Positions 1 through 13,076 of a stretch of DNA of 64,000 nt are shown here, piece after piece; the first letter of the stretch is position 1; each line of letters starts with the position of its first letter. The position numbers and the translations under genes are program-made. Under the pieces are notes generated by a model. The model had not been told where the DNA came from. It saw only the letters and a program-made list of their open reading frames with translations, and made no database searches. Source of the stretch: Stylophora pistillata (Eukaryota); NCBI RefSeq assembly GCF_002571385.2, contig NW_019218059.1:87041-151040 (forward strand). The letters are read 5' to 3'.

Positions 1-261
1 TTGGTACATTCCTCTTATTAACCGAGTACTGTAAGTTACGGACCGAGTACAAGGTTCAATAATAGTATTGACGGAGATAACGAGTCTAATAATGTATTTA
101 TCATATGTCTGGTTTCAAATACAGAGGGAAGTTCCAGTTCAAACATACTTTTGAATGGTGAAAACTGGCTAATTTGACCAATCGTAGCGCACGTACCAGC
201 TGTATGTGTACCAACTGGGCAACGCTGGAAATCTCTAATTAGCTTAACACTGTACATAAAA

Positions 262-715
262 TTAGGTGGGCATTAGGATTTGAAGTTTTGCAGTTTGGAC
301 TATTTTTTAGATCGGTTTTTCGGCTTTGGTGTTCGTTGTGGATTTTCCGTTATTTAGAAGTTGGTTTTCGGTTTTCGTCAAAAATACTAATGGGTTTTCG
401 GATTTGGTATTCGACATGGGTTTCGGTTTTTCATAGTTGGGTTTCCGGTATCTTTTCGACTTAGCTGCAGTGATGCGCCTCCAGTGATCTCCAACAGCCG
501 CGAATCCTCTGTGTCCTCCGCTTGTCACCAATGTTTCTAATCGATTATGGTTTTAATATCTGAGATGTGAAAAATTATCGGTTTTGCAAGCGGAATTTGG
601 TTTTGATCAATTTTTTTTGTTTTTTTGTTTTTTGTTTTTTTTTTGCGGTCACGCGGTTTTTGATAAGTTTTTTCTACGGTTTTGGGGTTTCTACTAGACC
701 CCAATGACTCCCTCT
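262..715. mobile_element. Degenerate MITE-like non-autonomous DNA element with internal CGGTTTT-type repeats
   Basis: Ends (aggtgggcattagg ... ccccaatgactccctc) are imperfect inverted repeats. The interior is rich in (t)cggtttt units. No credible ORF. Confidence 0.45.
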
Positions 716-1919
716 TAACATGTCACGTACTGATATCGTGCAATTTATTATCAAGTCAGTTCAGCCTGTCAAATGATGGCATGATATTACTTGGATGTAT
801 GACCGTAGCACGTGGTACAGTACAGTAGCGTTAAGGCTCGGCAATTTTGAGAGTGTCAACGACACAGCATATCACTTAAAAAAAAAGGATTATGTTTTAT
901 CGCAATCATCTGTTCTGTAAAATTTTGATACTGACAGGGGTAAACTGAAAAGATAATTAGGAAAGTGTGACCGCTGGCGGTATCTCCTGCATTAAGCAAG
1001 CAGCGGTAGATTGGATCGGAGAGATTTTCTCCTAAAGTGAGTTGAATAAGTGGGAAATTGACGCAGATGGGTGCCATTTGTAGACACTTTAAAATTGCAA
1101 AAGCATGATCCATGAAAGATGAGACCCTATCGCTATCGCTGACAAACATGCCCCACTGAAAACGATGCGCGTTCGTTCACGGAGTTCTCCGTGGATTACC
1201 TCTGAATTGAAAGACCTTATGCATAATAGAGACATATTAAAAATCAAAGCTAGCAAGACAAATGATCCTAACGATTGGGCATTATTTAAGAAACAAAGAA
1301 ATATAGTCAATAAGCAAATACATCTTTTCGACTTAGCTGCAGTGATGCGCCTCCAGTGATCTCCAACAACTGCGAATCCTCTGTATCCTCCGCTTGTCAC
1401 CAATGTTTCTAATCGATTATGGTTTTAATATCTGAGATGTGAAAAATTATCGGTTTTGCAAGCGGAATTTGGTTTTGATCAATTTTTTTTTTTTTGCGGT
1501 CACGCGGTTTTTGATAAGTTTTTTCTACGGTTTTGCGGTTTCTACTAGACCCCAATGACTCCCTCTTAACATGTCACGTACTGATATCGTGCAATTTATT
1601 ATCAAGTCAGTTCAGCCTGTCAAATGATGGCATGATATTACTTGGATGTATGACCGTAGCACGTGGTACAGTACAGTAGCGTTAAGGCTCGGCAATTTTG
1701 AGAGTGTCAACGACACAGCATATCACTTAAAAAAAAAGGATTATGTTTTATCGCAATCATCTGTTCTGTAAAATTTTGATACTGACAGGTGACCGCTGGC
1801 GGTATCTCCTGCATTAAGCAAGCAGCGGTAGATTGGATCGGAGAGATTTTCTCCTAAAGTGAGTTGAATAAGTGGGAAATTGACGCAGATGGGTGCCATT
1901 TGTATGAAAGATGAGACCC
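450..1919 (+). repeat. ~0.6-0.7 kb direct segmental duplication (copy 1 ~450-1127, copy 2 ~1323-1919)
   Basis: Near-identical sequence from tcttttcgacttagctgcag to atgaaagatgagaccc in both copies. Copy 2 lacks two ~30-bp segments present in copy 1. Confidence 0.9.
1135..1322 (+). mobile_element. Fragment of a CR1/L2-type non-LTR retrotransposon ORF2 (linker between endonuclease and RT)
   Basis: Translates as DKHAPLKTMRVRSRSSPWITSELKDLMHNRDILKIKA...WALFKKQRNIVNKQI, the typical D.HAP...PWIT...R...Y/FK..RN.V linker. Confidence 0.75.
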
Positions 1920-4900
1920 AACGGCCTTATGGGAAATGTTCGGGCAGACATATAATTAGTGTCATTCTTAAGAAACCTTTGTTATGATCATCCTTTTCTT
2001 TTAGGAAAGAGTGGATTGCTTCCATCATATTCACCACGTACAAATGGTGTTATGATCATGTAAATGTGTACCTAGAGAGCTATAGGGTTCTCATCGTTCA
2101 TTGTATATTGAACCTTGCCAATTCCTTAAATGAAATCCTAGTTTCTCTGAGAAATTTTTGTGGTATCACAGGTGATTTACCACTTTCATAGGCGGCTACA
2201 TTTCTTTGGGTCTGCGAAGTTCAGGACGATCTGTCAAGCAGTGTATAGCACTGCTGAATGTGTATTATCAGGCAATAATTCGTAGACTTAATGAAACAAA
2301 CTTTGTGAATAAACAGGTGCGACTTACACATATCTAGCTTGCTGAACTCTGTTTGACTAAGTTGTTGGTATTTCTAATGTAAATTTAGACCTATTTTGAT
2401 CGAGAAACGCCACAGAGAATGTCATAAAAAACTGAATGTTTTTAAGTGAGTTTTCCTTATTTAAGATGATATTTACTCAGTGTGACTAAATTGCTGAGCG
2501 TTAACGCATAAACTCAAAACAACAAGATGAGCCCTTCGTAGTTAGCAAGGCGGAAAAAACGCTTACGTATTGACTGGAGAGAACATTACGCACTGTGACA
2601 TGAAAAAACAAACAACATCTTAATTACGTCGATAAGCTCTGGAAACCCGACTCAAAAGTTTATTTTACGCCACGGTGTTTCTTGCACTACGGTTTTTCTT
2701 GCACCAGGTGATCACTCACTGAAATTAGCCTCTTCAAAAATGCCTCGACCAAGAGTCGGACCACTGACCTACAGGAAGTATTTTGGACGCTTAAGCTTCA
2801 TGTTGCAAGTATCCTGCATTCCCAAGTAATGGGATTTCGAAATAGTCGCTCCTTTCACGTGAATGAAAAAGAAGAGGCTCTGTTACAGAAAGAAACCAAT
2901 TTCCTTCGTTTTTTCTGTTTCTGGGTTTACCATATTTTCGCCCCGATCGTTCACGAAAAAAATGACCGACCGTCTCAGAAAAAAGTGAGAAAGATTTATC
3001 TTTTGACAGAGACCACATGTTGCTAAATTCTTGCAAAAAAATTGTCACACGAGCCTATGAAGAAAGATAAAGTTACATCTGATATTGCCTCAATATTGGC
3101 AAACAAAAGGTTGCATTGAACAGGTTCCTATTTCAGCGTTGCCGAGACCGACTGAAACGTATGATGCAAATATCACTTGAGCAAAGCTAAGGGAAAAAAC
3201 GGTGAGTGGTTCCGGATGTCTTACTGGAGTAGGTTGTCAGCTGCGAGGCGAAAGTGGCGTTTTAACCCGCGACAAATGGCAAGTACAGCTAGACAAATAT
3301 CAAAACAACCAATTACCCCTGAAGAGATAAAATTCATAGAAACGTTGAGGCTACATGACTGGTGATTGACCGTTTCTAACACGGTTCTATTTCAATTTGA
3401 GATTCAAAGGCTCTCTTAGATGGTCACCAACTTAATCTTATTTCTCGATGGTCGTTGAACGATGAATCGTGAACAAAAACATACCAGAAATATATAGCAG
3501 GTAAAAACACCGCTCTCGTGTAAGCTAAGCAATTAATAACTCGTACAAACCAGCGAGTGGTCGAAAAACACGCAACATGAAAGGTGGTGACCGAGCTCGT
3601 GTTGCATGTCTGATAAAGTTTCCTGCATAACGGTCCGAGACACGAGGCATCTGTAACTTGTGCACATTAACAACACCCTCGATTTTCTTATTGCTTCGTC
3701 AACCTGGCTTTCATTTTCTTTCATTTTCAACGTCAGTTGTCCTCTTTTATTGTTTTAAAATGTGCGTGATGAAATTTGTCCACAGGATAGGTATCTGAAA
3801 GACCCCCCTCTATGAAAACCGCAGGCATGGTATTTCTACTTCAAATGCAGCAATACTATTGGTTCAGCTGTTGGCAAACGTCAATAAATAGACGACACAA
3901 GCTCGGATAAACTCACGGGTTAACACACCGATTTTTTGCTCGCGTTTCTGATTGTTACGTTTATAGAACACATTTGAAATTATCCACACAAGAATTTAGG
4001 AGCCAACAACGGGTTAAATTTTTCATCAGAGAGGAAACCCCAGTGAGAAAGCCATTGTGAGGTATGATCATATTTATGCGTTTGAAAGAAACTTCAGTTC
4101 TCATTCGTACAGAACAGTTTTTATTTTGGTACTAGTGAGTTGTTTTTGTCACCTTTTTATGACTGAACGCAACAAACAATCGATAATTTCTTTAAACACC
4201 TGGCATAGAATATTTTGCGATAACGAAAAGCGTTGGCGCTTTTTATAATACCTCAAAATTGTACCAAATTTTTCTCCCAGAAGAGCAAACCTTCCGGTAT
4301 AGTTGCCAAAAAGCGCGAGGTGCTACTATACCATTAATTAACACCAAAACAGTATGGAACTAAACAAGAATAGAAACAAGAATAGAAACAAGAATAGAAA
4401 CAACTAAACAAGACAAGATCTTGGAGTGTCATTCACATTGCATCAACTGAATTTGGATAAACAGAATCTGAATCACCATAACAAATTCGAACGACTCTCA
4501 ATGTCTAAAGATTTCCAAAAAAAAAAAAAAGGCAAAAAACAAAACAAACAAACAAATGATTTTTTTTTTGCATTTCATTCAGGCTTAAAAAACATTATAC
4601 CAGACGACGCATTTATCATTTTCTCCTACGGTGATCATCAGGAGGTTTGTGCGACCAGCCGTCAGCATCCCAAATCGCATATTAAGTATATTAAGTACCC
4701 TTTCATTTATGTTTCCTATCATTTTCATTTCATCCGCTTCTGACTCGAATTTACGGGTCTTTTCTTTTAAGAATACTTACCAGAGGGACAATGGACTGAT
4801 AGTCGTGTAAAAGAGAGAACTGACTAAATAATCGTGTTTCTGTGGACGAGTCAGGGTCGTTTCGTCATTCATTACTTACAGGTCAAGAAAGATATACATC

Positions 4901-5274
4901 AAAATAATCAGAATTCATTTGTAACGAAATTCTTAGTCTACAAGAAACGAAAAGCTCCCGCCTAAAATCTCCGCTCTCAAATTGTGGCTTGAGTGTTCAA
5001 TTAGCGGCTCTCTTCACCCAAACCATGTCTGGAAGACACAAACTCAAGGCCCATCAAAGCCTGAATTAATTTTTTTCTTAAGTTTCTCTTTGCGTGCAAG
5101 GATCAAGTCGTCATTTATCATTCACGAGTTAAAAATAATTTGATTCATTTATCGTTTCTTAATGGCTATACTCTTTCATTTTTACCTTTAGAAGTCATCC
5201 TTAAGGCAAATCCAACATTTTACACACAAGAAAGTCTTTTTAAAGTACCAACATCTCAGCGCGCGCATCACTGA

Positions 5275-5480
5275 TAACCATTTGTCTCCCATTAATGACC
5301 AAGACAGAACTTCTCTTAACAATATCAATACAATAACAAGCAAAGAAGTGATGAGAATAACGAGAAATATCAATTAGAAGATTATTGGCTGATCCAATAC
5401 CAAATTCCCTGAACTGACATCATAAGAATTGTATGGCAGACAGTAAGCAGAATTCCCAATGAGATCTCGGCGTTGAATGA
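5275..5480. repeat. Copy of an abundant ~200-bp interspersed repeat. Related copies at ~7890-7945, 17830-17876/18091-18130, 18385-18600, 20090-20230, 47990-48185, 60130-60285, 60773-60925
   Basis: Shared motifs such as taaccc(t)ttaactcccaagagtga...aatttctccttacaatatca...gagaataaaggaaatgatca recur in either orientation. Confidence 0.65.
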
Positions 5481-5769
5481 ATTAAAAACATTAGGTGAAA
5501 ATGCTTGTTAATCTTCTCCATCTAGAGACATCTCTTCCATTCCCCTCGGTTGATTCCAAGCTTTTTGATGTTTTTCGTTGTAGAAAATTTACGCTCACAT
5601 TTATGAGACCCCTTTTTTTACTTAAATGAAATTTCTTATTTCGAAAAACTAAGCTAAGCTAATGCAGTGCAAGGTAATGACGGCCATCAATGTCTGATTG
5701 AATTAATTATAGCAATTTGAAATATGACTGAACGAAGTTTCCTTTTGCTTTCAGTAATTTTTTTTTTTG

Positions 5770-6700
5770 GCAATTTCGCCCACAAGGAAATGGAAGAACA
5801 CGGGCCACATTATGCAAGCCGTGAATTATAGTGGTTTTTTAATTTTTTTTTTTCACGGAAGTAAAAGTCTAATGAGTGAACGTGATATCATAAACTTTGT
5901 CGACGACAAATGCATTATCAGTAGGAGCACACTCACACAACTCTGAGAAAAATTTACAAAACTTTTACAATGATAATGATGAAGTGTAAAGGAAGCAAAA
6001 TATAACAACAACAACAAAAAAAAAAAACGTAGGGGACATCTCAAGGTGATCAGCGTAGTCCTATGATCAACAGTAACTGGGGAATCTTATAGATAATAGA
6101 TTTTCTTACGGAAGTATAAATCAAATACGTGGACAAAATTTCGTGAAATCAGTCGACGACAGATGACAAATGTCAACGACGTTTCCTTTAGCTTCGAGCG
6201 ATTTTTTTTTTTTTTTTTGCAATTTCGCCCACTAGGATATGGAAGACCACGAGCCACATAAAGCAGGATGTGATCTGTGGTGGCTTTTTTTTCTTTCACG
6301 GAACTATAAATCAAATGAGTTCATGAAATTTCGTGAAATCAGTCGACGACAAATGATCAGGAGGAGGTCACTCACACAACTGAATGAAAATTCTGAAATG
6401 AAGATTCTGAAATGAAAATTCTGAAATGAAAATCTGTGGTGGCTTTTTGTTCTTTCACGGAACTATAAATCAAATGAGTTAATGAAATTTCGTGAACTCA
6501 GTCGACGACAAATGATCAGGAGGAGGTCACTCACACAATTGAATGAAAAGAAATACAAAAATACTAGCGATGTTCATAATAAGATAAAAAAGCAAACAAG
6601 AACAAAATTAAGGGGATATCTTCCGGAAAAACTCTCTTGACGCATCGAGATTTAACCCGGTGATCAGCTTATTCCTATGATCTCGCACAACTGGGGCTAT
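5770..6700 (+). repeat. Local tandem or nested duplications (~120-bp unit at ~6275-6390 and ~6433-6550, plus more diverged flanking copies)
   Basis: Repeated atctgtggtggcttttt..cacggaactataaatcaaatgagt..gaaatttcgtgaa.tcagtcgacgacaaatgatcaggaggaggtcactcacacaa. Confidence 0.8.
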
Positions 6701-9700
6701 TTTACAGATAACCGTGAGGTCTGTTAAAAGTAGAGGCGCAACGCGTGCATAGTAGAAACTTTCCTTGATATTGTGCCAGATTTGACTCATACACCTGTTG
6801 GTATTGGCAAAAACATGCGTGAAAACAGGTTATTATTTTCCGATTTGTAAGATCTCTATTAGTACAAGAAGAAAAAAGAAACCTTTCAAACGGGAGGTGA
6901 ATGACAAATGCAACAGAAAGCTACTACACAGGGTAAGACAAAAAAGTTATTTTACAAAACTTCCTGATCTTCGAATTCGTGGTCGAACTTAATAGAACAC
7001 TGAGAGTCTATATTACTGCAGTTACTACGTATATTCAATACACTTTAGAGAGTTGAACGTTTACCGTTCATGTTTATACACCTCATTATCAGGTCGAAAA
7101 CATCACATGCTGCAAGATCTAATTGCCGGACATAGGTTGTGTTGCTGATGAGATAATTTAACCTGCTCCGCAGTAAATGTTTGTTAAAATCGTACCAGAT
7201 GGGAAGATTGCAGCTGATTTTTTCCTGTTGTTCTTCACGAAAATTTTTTTTAAAACTGATCATGTATAATCAAGGCTGTAGCAAACCATAACTAATAGAA
7301 CACATTTTTTTTAATCATAAGGAACAACTCAGACAAGATCAACTACGCTATTATACGACAGTTGATTGGCAAACATTTTCGATGTTTTTTTTTTCTTCTT
7401 CTCTTACAACATCGCAAGCAGTATTAAATAATTAAAAATTTATGTTGCCATTGTTCTCATGTTTATGCATGAATATGAAAAACGTGAAATTTAAACCTAA
7501 ACTCACGAAGATAGATAGTCTCATTTCATTTTCTGCTCGTCTCACAGAACATTCAGCTGGTACGAAAAAAATGAGCTCTCGATGAATAAGGTTATGATAT
7601 ACTTGGTTAAAAAAAAAATCGGAAGCTCCTCAGAAATGTCAGTGTTACTTCAATTATCAATATTGTTTATATTCGATTGCCATAAGAAATGCTAGCAAGT
7701 GCACTAACATTGTAAATGTTTCAGAACTCACGCAGCAATATGTTGAGTAGTATAAGCCCCATTGGTAATTACCTCAGACCATTTCACTTCTTTACTGCTT
7801 TTATATTTCTTTTCGTTTACGGTGTTATATCAAACAATATCGTCTAGTTAATAGTTTTCTCTCATCTCATCATCTTTCTGCTTATCAATGTATCAATAAT
7901 GTAAGGGAGAAATTTCTCTTTGATCACTCCTGGGAATGAAAGATTTAAGAAAAGAACTAAACGTTTGCCAGGTTAGGAAAACATCCAAGGTCACTTCGAA
8001 GAATTAAAGAATAAGCTGAAATAAATAGTGATTGTGCTCAAGCTAGGCGCGAATTAGAATTTACACTCTTCAAAAGCTTACGCGAAACTTTTTCAAGATG
8101 AAGGAACTGTGAAATGGCTCCTTTCAGCTACTGCGAGAATTCTTAATTAGCCGTTGGCGTTTCCTTGGTGATGGGTTAAAAATTACCAGAAAAACGCAGT
8201 AGCACAAGAACCTCCAATGATTAAAATGTTTTGATAGACACGGTCATGCAATCATGATTAGCTACAATATTCAGTTGTAATAAAAAGCAGCAACTTAACT
8301 CCGTCTGTCTTACAAAGTTCACCGGTTTCCAAACGCCTATTCCAAAGCATTCATGCGACCTTAGGATCTTCATCAGTCAATTCGCTGATCAACCAAGGGG
8401 GTTGAACAATTGAAATTGCCATTTATTCATTAGCCGTCGTAAACAATTCCTAGAAAGTTTTTTTTTTTTTATCTGACGTTTAAATTTCAGCAACTCAGTC
8501 GAAGGAAAAAAAAATTAAAATAAAATTATGATGTTTGATTGAAGCGAGTGATAAAAATAACATAGATAAGATGAACATTCTTCACGAATGGTTTTGCTCA
8601 CTAACACACATTTTTTATTGTATTTAGTTTTTGCCGTAAGTGAATATGACTCTTCCTTAATATGAAATTTAATGGATGGTCACGAAATGTTACAACGATT
8701 GGGCGTTTGTTGTCAACAAAACAGCTAAATTATTGAAGTTATTGTGAATTAGAATAATCTATTATCTCAACAAGACAGAGGTGTATTAAACAAAAAGATC
8801 TATCAACCAATAACTTTGACTCGAAGTAATGAAGACAAGATAACATATTCCTGTTCGAAAATTCGACCAGTTTCGTAGCTTGACGGAAAAAACTTTATAA
8901 TTTTTTTGGACCCAAGATCTCTGCAGATACTTTTAAAACAACACCAGAAAATTTACCGATATCACTTGATTTATATATAAGTTTCCTGGAGGAGTCGAAT
9001 ATAACTGTACATAAAATTAGTTGTAATTTTTTTTTTATCAAAACGATGCTTTAGGCAATGGAATTAAGGAGGAGGTGTAACTGACCGATTAGCGTTTCAT
9101 TCTATAAATGGAAAATTCATTTTCAAAGGATAAAAACTTTTTCCATTAGAATTTATGTATCTTAGGGAAGATAAAAATAGGGATTTTGTTGGATTATACC
9201 AAGTCTCCAGCTGCTGTGTATTGTGGGCTAATCATAGGTCGCTCTATGAACAATTAAGCTCATTTTTACATCTGCGGCATTAGAGTCTTATTTAGTCTCG
9301 CACAGAATTGAAGCGAGATTGAAGATCAACCGTGTTAAAGGTTTGTAACCTCTTTTGTCTTCCTTTTAAATTTTGATAACGAATAACTTTGCCATGCGGA
9401 AAAACTTTTCATCGAGTAGTTTAAAAAATGTGTTTAAATGTCAAGCTTCTGTTGCCGCGTATGGAAACCGCAAGGGCCGTCAGTAATCCTTTTTTTTTTT
9501 TCGTATTTAATCCTTAACATGTGGCAAAGACATAAAACTTTAAAGAATTCCCTTTCGTGATAAAGCTATACACGTCTTCCGTTGAGGGCCGACAAAAACG
9601 GGAAATTTAATTCTCTGATCTGTTCGAAGAAAAAGTGTTTGAAATCTGGAAAAGGGTTCCACCAAGAGGGTGTGCATGAAGCCTAATCGGGGCTTGTACT

Positions 9701-12700
9701 TTCAATTGAAACTTCAGTTAAGCCTTTACATATTAGTGACGAGAAATTTGGGCATAATCCGTGACGACTCAAAGAATGGAGTTACTTGCAAAGGGTTCTC
9801 AGAGTCTAAGAAACTCCTCCCTTTCAAAAGAAAGGTTTAGGGAGTAAATTAAGCAGCATAAACTACGTTTTTACGATATAATAATCTAGCGAAAATTCTG
9901 CTGGTGGTCAGCTCTAAATTCCATGCTGAGTTCAAGCTTCATGACTTCTTGGCCCGACGGGGCACCGTTAACGTTGTAGCCTAAAAGGCGAACCACCCCA
10001 TCAGGGTGTTGACATGTAAGGCAAACTTTACAAATATGGAACGACTGAATGATAAAATTTCCCTGGGCTTCTTCGGCCGAGAATTGAAATAAAGTTAAAT
10101 AAAATATTTATACCCTGAAAGGCGTTTTTTTTCTTCTCCAGCCGTTTAACACGTATTTTATCTTAATCATTATTGACCGAGAAGCCAACTATAGAGAGTG
10201 ATTAAATAATAATAAGAAAAAAAATTATGAAAAGGCTCGAAAAAGGGAACAAAAATGGGTACATCTTAGTGTAGCAACATTTCATTTCACTTACTGTAGA
10301 TTGTCAAACAACAATGTATCGAAAATTTAATCCATTGTATTTTACATCGGCTTTGTATGTCAACAATTTCTTTATATTTGAACAGTTCATGTAAACACAC
10401 TCATTCGGTGGGGGGGGGGGGCTTTAATGGCCGATCTTACTTTGCTGTTACGTGAACACTTCGCCGTTATGTGTTACTGGAGAAGGAACATGAGCTGGTT
10501 ACTGATAATCTACGCGCTTCAGAAAGTAATAACATTTCGTATCATTAACACTCCATAAACAGACGTGACTCACGAGCATGTTCAATTTTTCATAAAAAGG
10601 AAGGTCATTTCTAATTCCCTGAGGTGCCCACAGCAATTGTCCAAGGGCAAAATTTTAATTTTGAATTGTTTAGGGAAGTCTAACGTTGACAGGTGAAAAA
10701 AAGTTGTGCTATGAAATAGTGTTAAGAAAAGATTCCACTTTGTTAAAACTGAGCATGTATAGAAGTAAATTTATCGTAGCCTTTTCGCTGAGCGGTTGTG
10801 CAAAGATAAAGGCAGCATAAAACCAAGCGCAAGGAGGAGAAGAATCCAAATATCCTTTTTTATACGTACTCCAAAGTGTGGTAGCTATTTTCAGCCAACT
10901 GATTTTAAAAGAACAACATCTTTTTCAATACTTTCTAAGGGTTCTTGGGCGAACAGTTCGCAGGGGAAAAAAACGGAAAAACCACAAGATAAATTGAGTA
11001 TGCAAATCACATTTTATAATGCTCTCTCAGAATTAAAACACGCCATATTATATTTTTGTACGACAATATATTACATGTTCATGGTACGTGCAAAGTCATG
11101 CAGAGTCAAACTTGGACATGCAGCCACACAACAGCTTGAATTTCTCAGGTAAAAAGCAAAAAGAAATACGAGTGTGAAAGTTTAGAAGAAACCACCTCGT
11201 TTCAAACGTTCCTCTAAATATAATAAGACTTCACCCCTCGTTGCAGTTGTTGAAACATTTACCACTTGTCTAGGTTGATGACGAGAGTTTTAGAAAATGA
11301 TTTTCAGGAAAATCATTCAACATTGATAGAGAAGAGGGGTGCTCGGACGAAATTGCATGGGCTGTGGTTCGAAAGAATTTTCTAATTTCCGTTTAGTTCG
11401 ACTAATTGTACCGCCATGCTGAGAGACAAACCAAGTTTTTTTCTTTTCTTTTTTTTACCAAGAGATTCATTAAATAGAAATATCTAAAATTCCTGATTCC
11501 TTTATATTCTTAAAAGCAATAAGTCGTTTGCAATGACTTATTTCTCAAATATAAAACCTACCAGTAAACCTCCGGCCTTCATCTTGTCTAAATTTTTTTG
11601 AACTGTTTTCAAATAAAAGAGCCAGTTTACGTCCCCGCTAACATTCAAACCGCAATTAAATTAAATTCTTTGCATTAGTCTGTTCATAACCATGAATTCC
11701 AAAAGGAAAAGAGGTAATAAAGTGTTGCGTGCAAAAATGAATTTAGTTACGTTTCACAGGATCAAAGATTCCATGATTCAAGGTCAAGGTAAACCTCTGG
11801 GAATGTTTTTATTGAATATGGAAATCGTCAGTTAACGTTTCCGTTTAAAAGAGGAATTTTTTATTGTTGCCTGTAGCATCCAATCTATCTGCTTATTTGT
11901 GTTCTTATTACTAAGAGGTACTAGTACAGTAAATAAAAAACTGCTTTAAAAGTTCTCCAATAAACGTTCTACCACCAAGTTCTGCTAACAATCCAAAACC
12001 TGACATCAAAATTTGGGGGATTTCGATGAACAGTCGTTATTACTGAAGCTCAGTTAAAACGAAAAAAAAAAAAGAAAAGAAAAAGTAGAGTTAAAAGAGT
12101 GATTTATGTGAGCATGTACACATAAATCCATCTGCGGCCTTTTTCAACTCCGCCGCCCACCCTTACGATCCTTTTAATTTTGAGTATGATATATGTTCAC
12201 TATGTAAAACAAACAGCTGCGTGTCCATCAACTGAAAATGGTCGCGTGAGCAGCCAATAAAGACTCTAATTGGCTAAAACCAAAATAGTGTTAAGAAATC
12301 ATTTATAATATATTGCCAACACACCAAACTATTTGTCACTGTCATTGTCATCCAATTCATTTGAACAGTCGTAACCCTTGCTTGGGGTGAGAACCTAAGA
12401 GGTATGTTGAATTTGGTCGCTCTAAATTTTTAATCTCTGAGTTCAGTTGTCAAAATATTATTCAAAATTAGGAAATTGTTCACGCGAACCAGAAATACCT
12501 CAGTTTGTCAGTAGTTAAACATAACGTTCCTGGCTAAGGCAAAACAAAATGATGTAGTCTGATTTTATTTTCATCACTTTCGTATAATCGTTACATCAGT
12601 GTTAAAGAAAATATAGGAAAAGAAATATGTTGTTAACAACTGCGCAACTATTTAAATCTTATTTTAAATGTAGCTCAAGCAAGACCGCAATAATCTTTTT

Positions 12701-13076
12701 TGCTTCATTTCTCTAAATAGTCACGATTTCCAACAGGTTTTCTGAACAAGTTTGGGAGCAGAATTCCTGTTAGTGACTATTGATGCTTGATTAAATATCA
12801 CATGAGACCTTTTAAAAATTAAGCTCGATTTCTGCTACTTTTTAGAGTTCAGTTCTTCAGGAAAGATAGCTTATTTCTGCTATGTGGCGAGTGACGGAAG
12901 GTCGCAGAAGTGAAATGGTGAAAAGGTTGAAGAAGGTCGCAAGTGACCAGATTGAAATGATCGCAAGATTATTTTCGCAAATTTAAGAGAATGGTTCACA
13001 TTATGTAAATAATATAAGAATGCGTATAAATTACCGAGCTTTGAATTGCTTGTTTCGTTTGCAGCTGTGAGGTGAA

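Noticed and set aside
1920-2260. Possible decayed transposon coding sequence (a C..EHFP-like string on the minus strand)
   Set aside because: Too many stops and too little motif to assign a family by eye.
8350-8385. Minus-strand CTGATGAagatcc resembling a hammerhead start
   Set aside because: No closing stem II plus GAAA and no cleavage triplet follow.
10796-11152. 118-aa ORF upstream of the GPCR and other short ORFs in 2-13 kb
   Set aside because: Non-ATG starts or AT-rich random composition, with no motifs or splice support.
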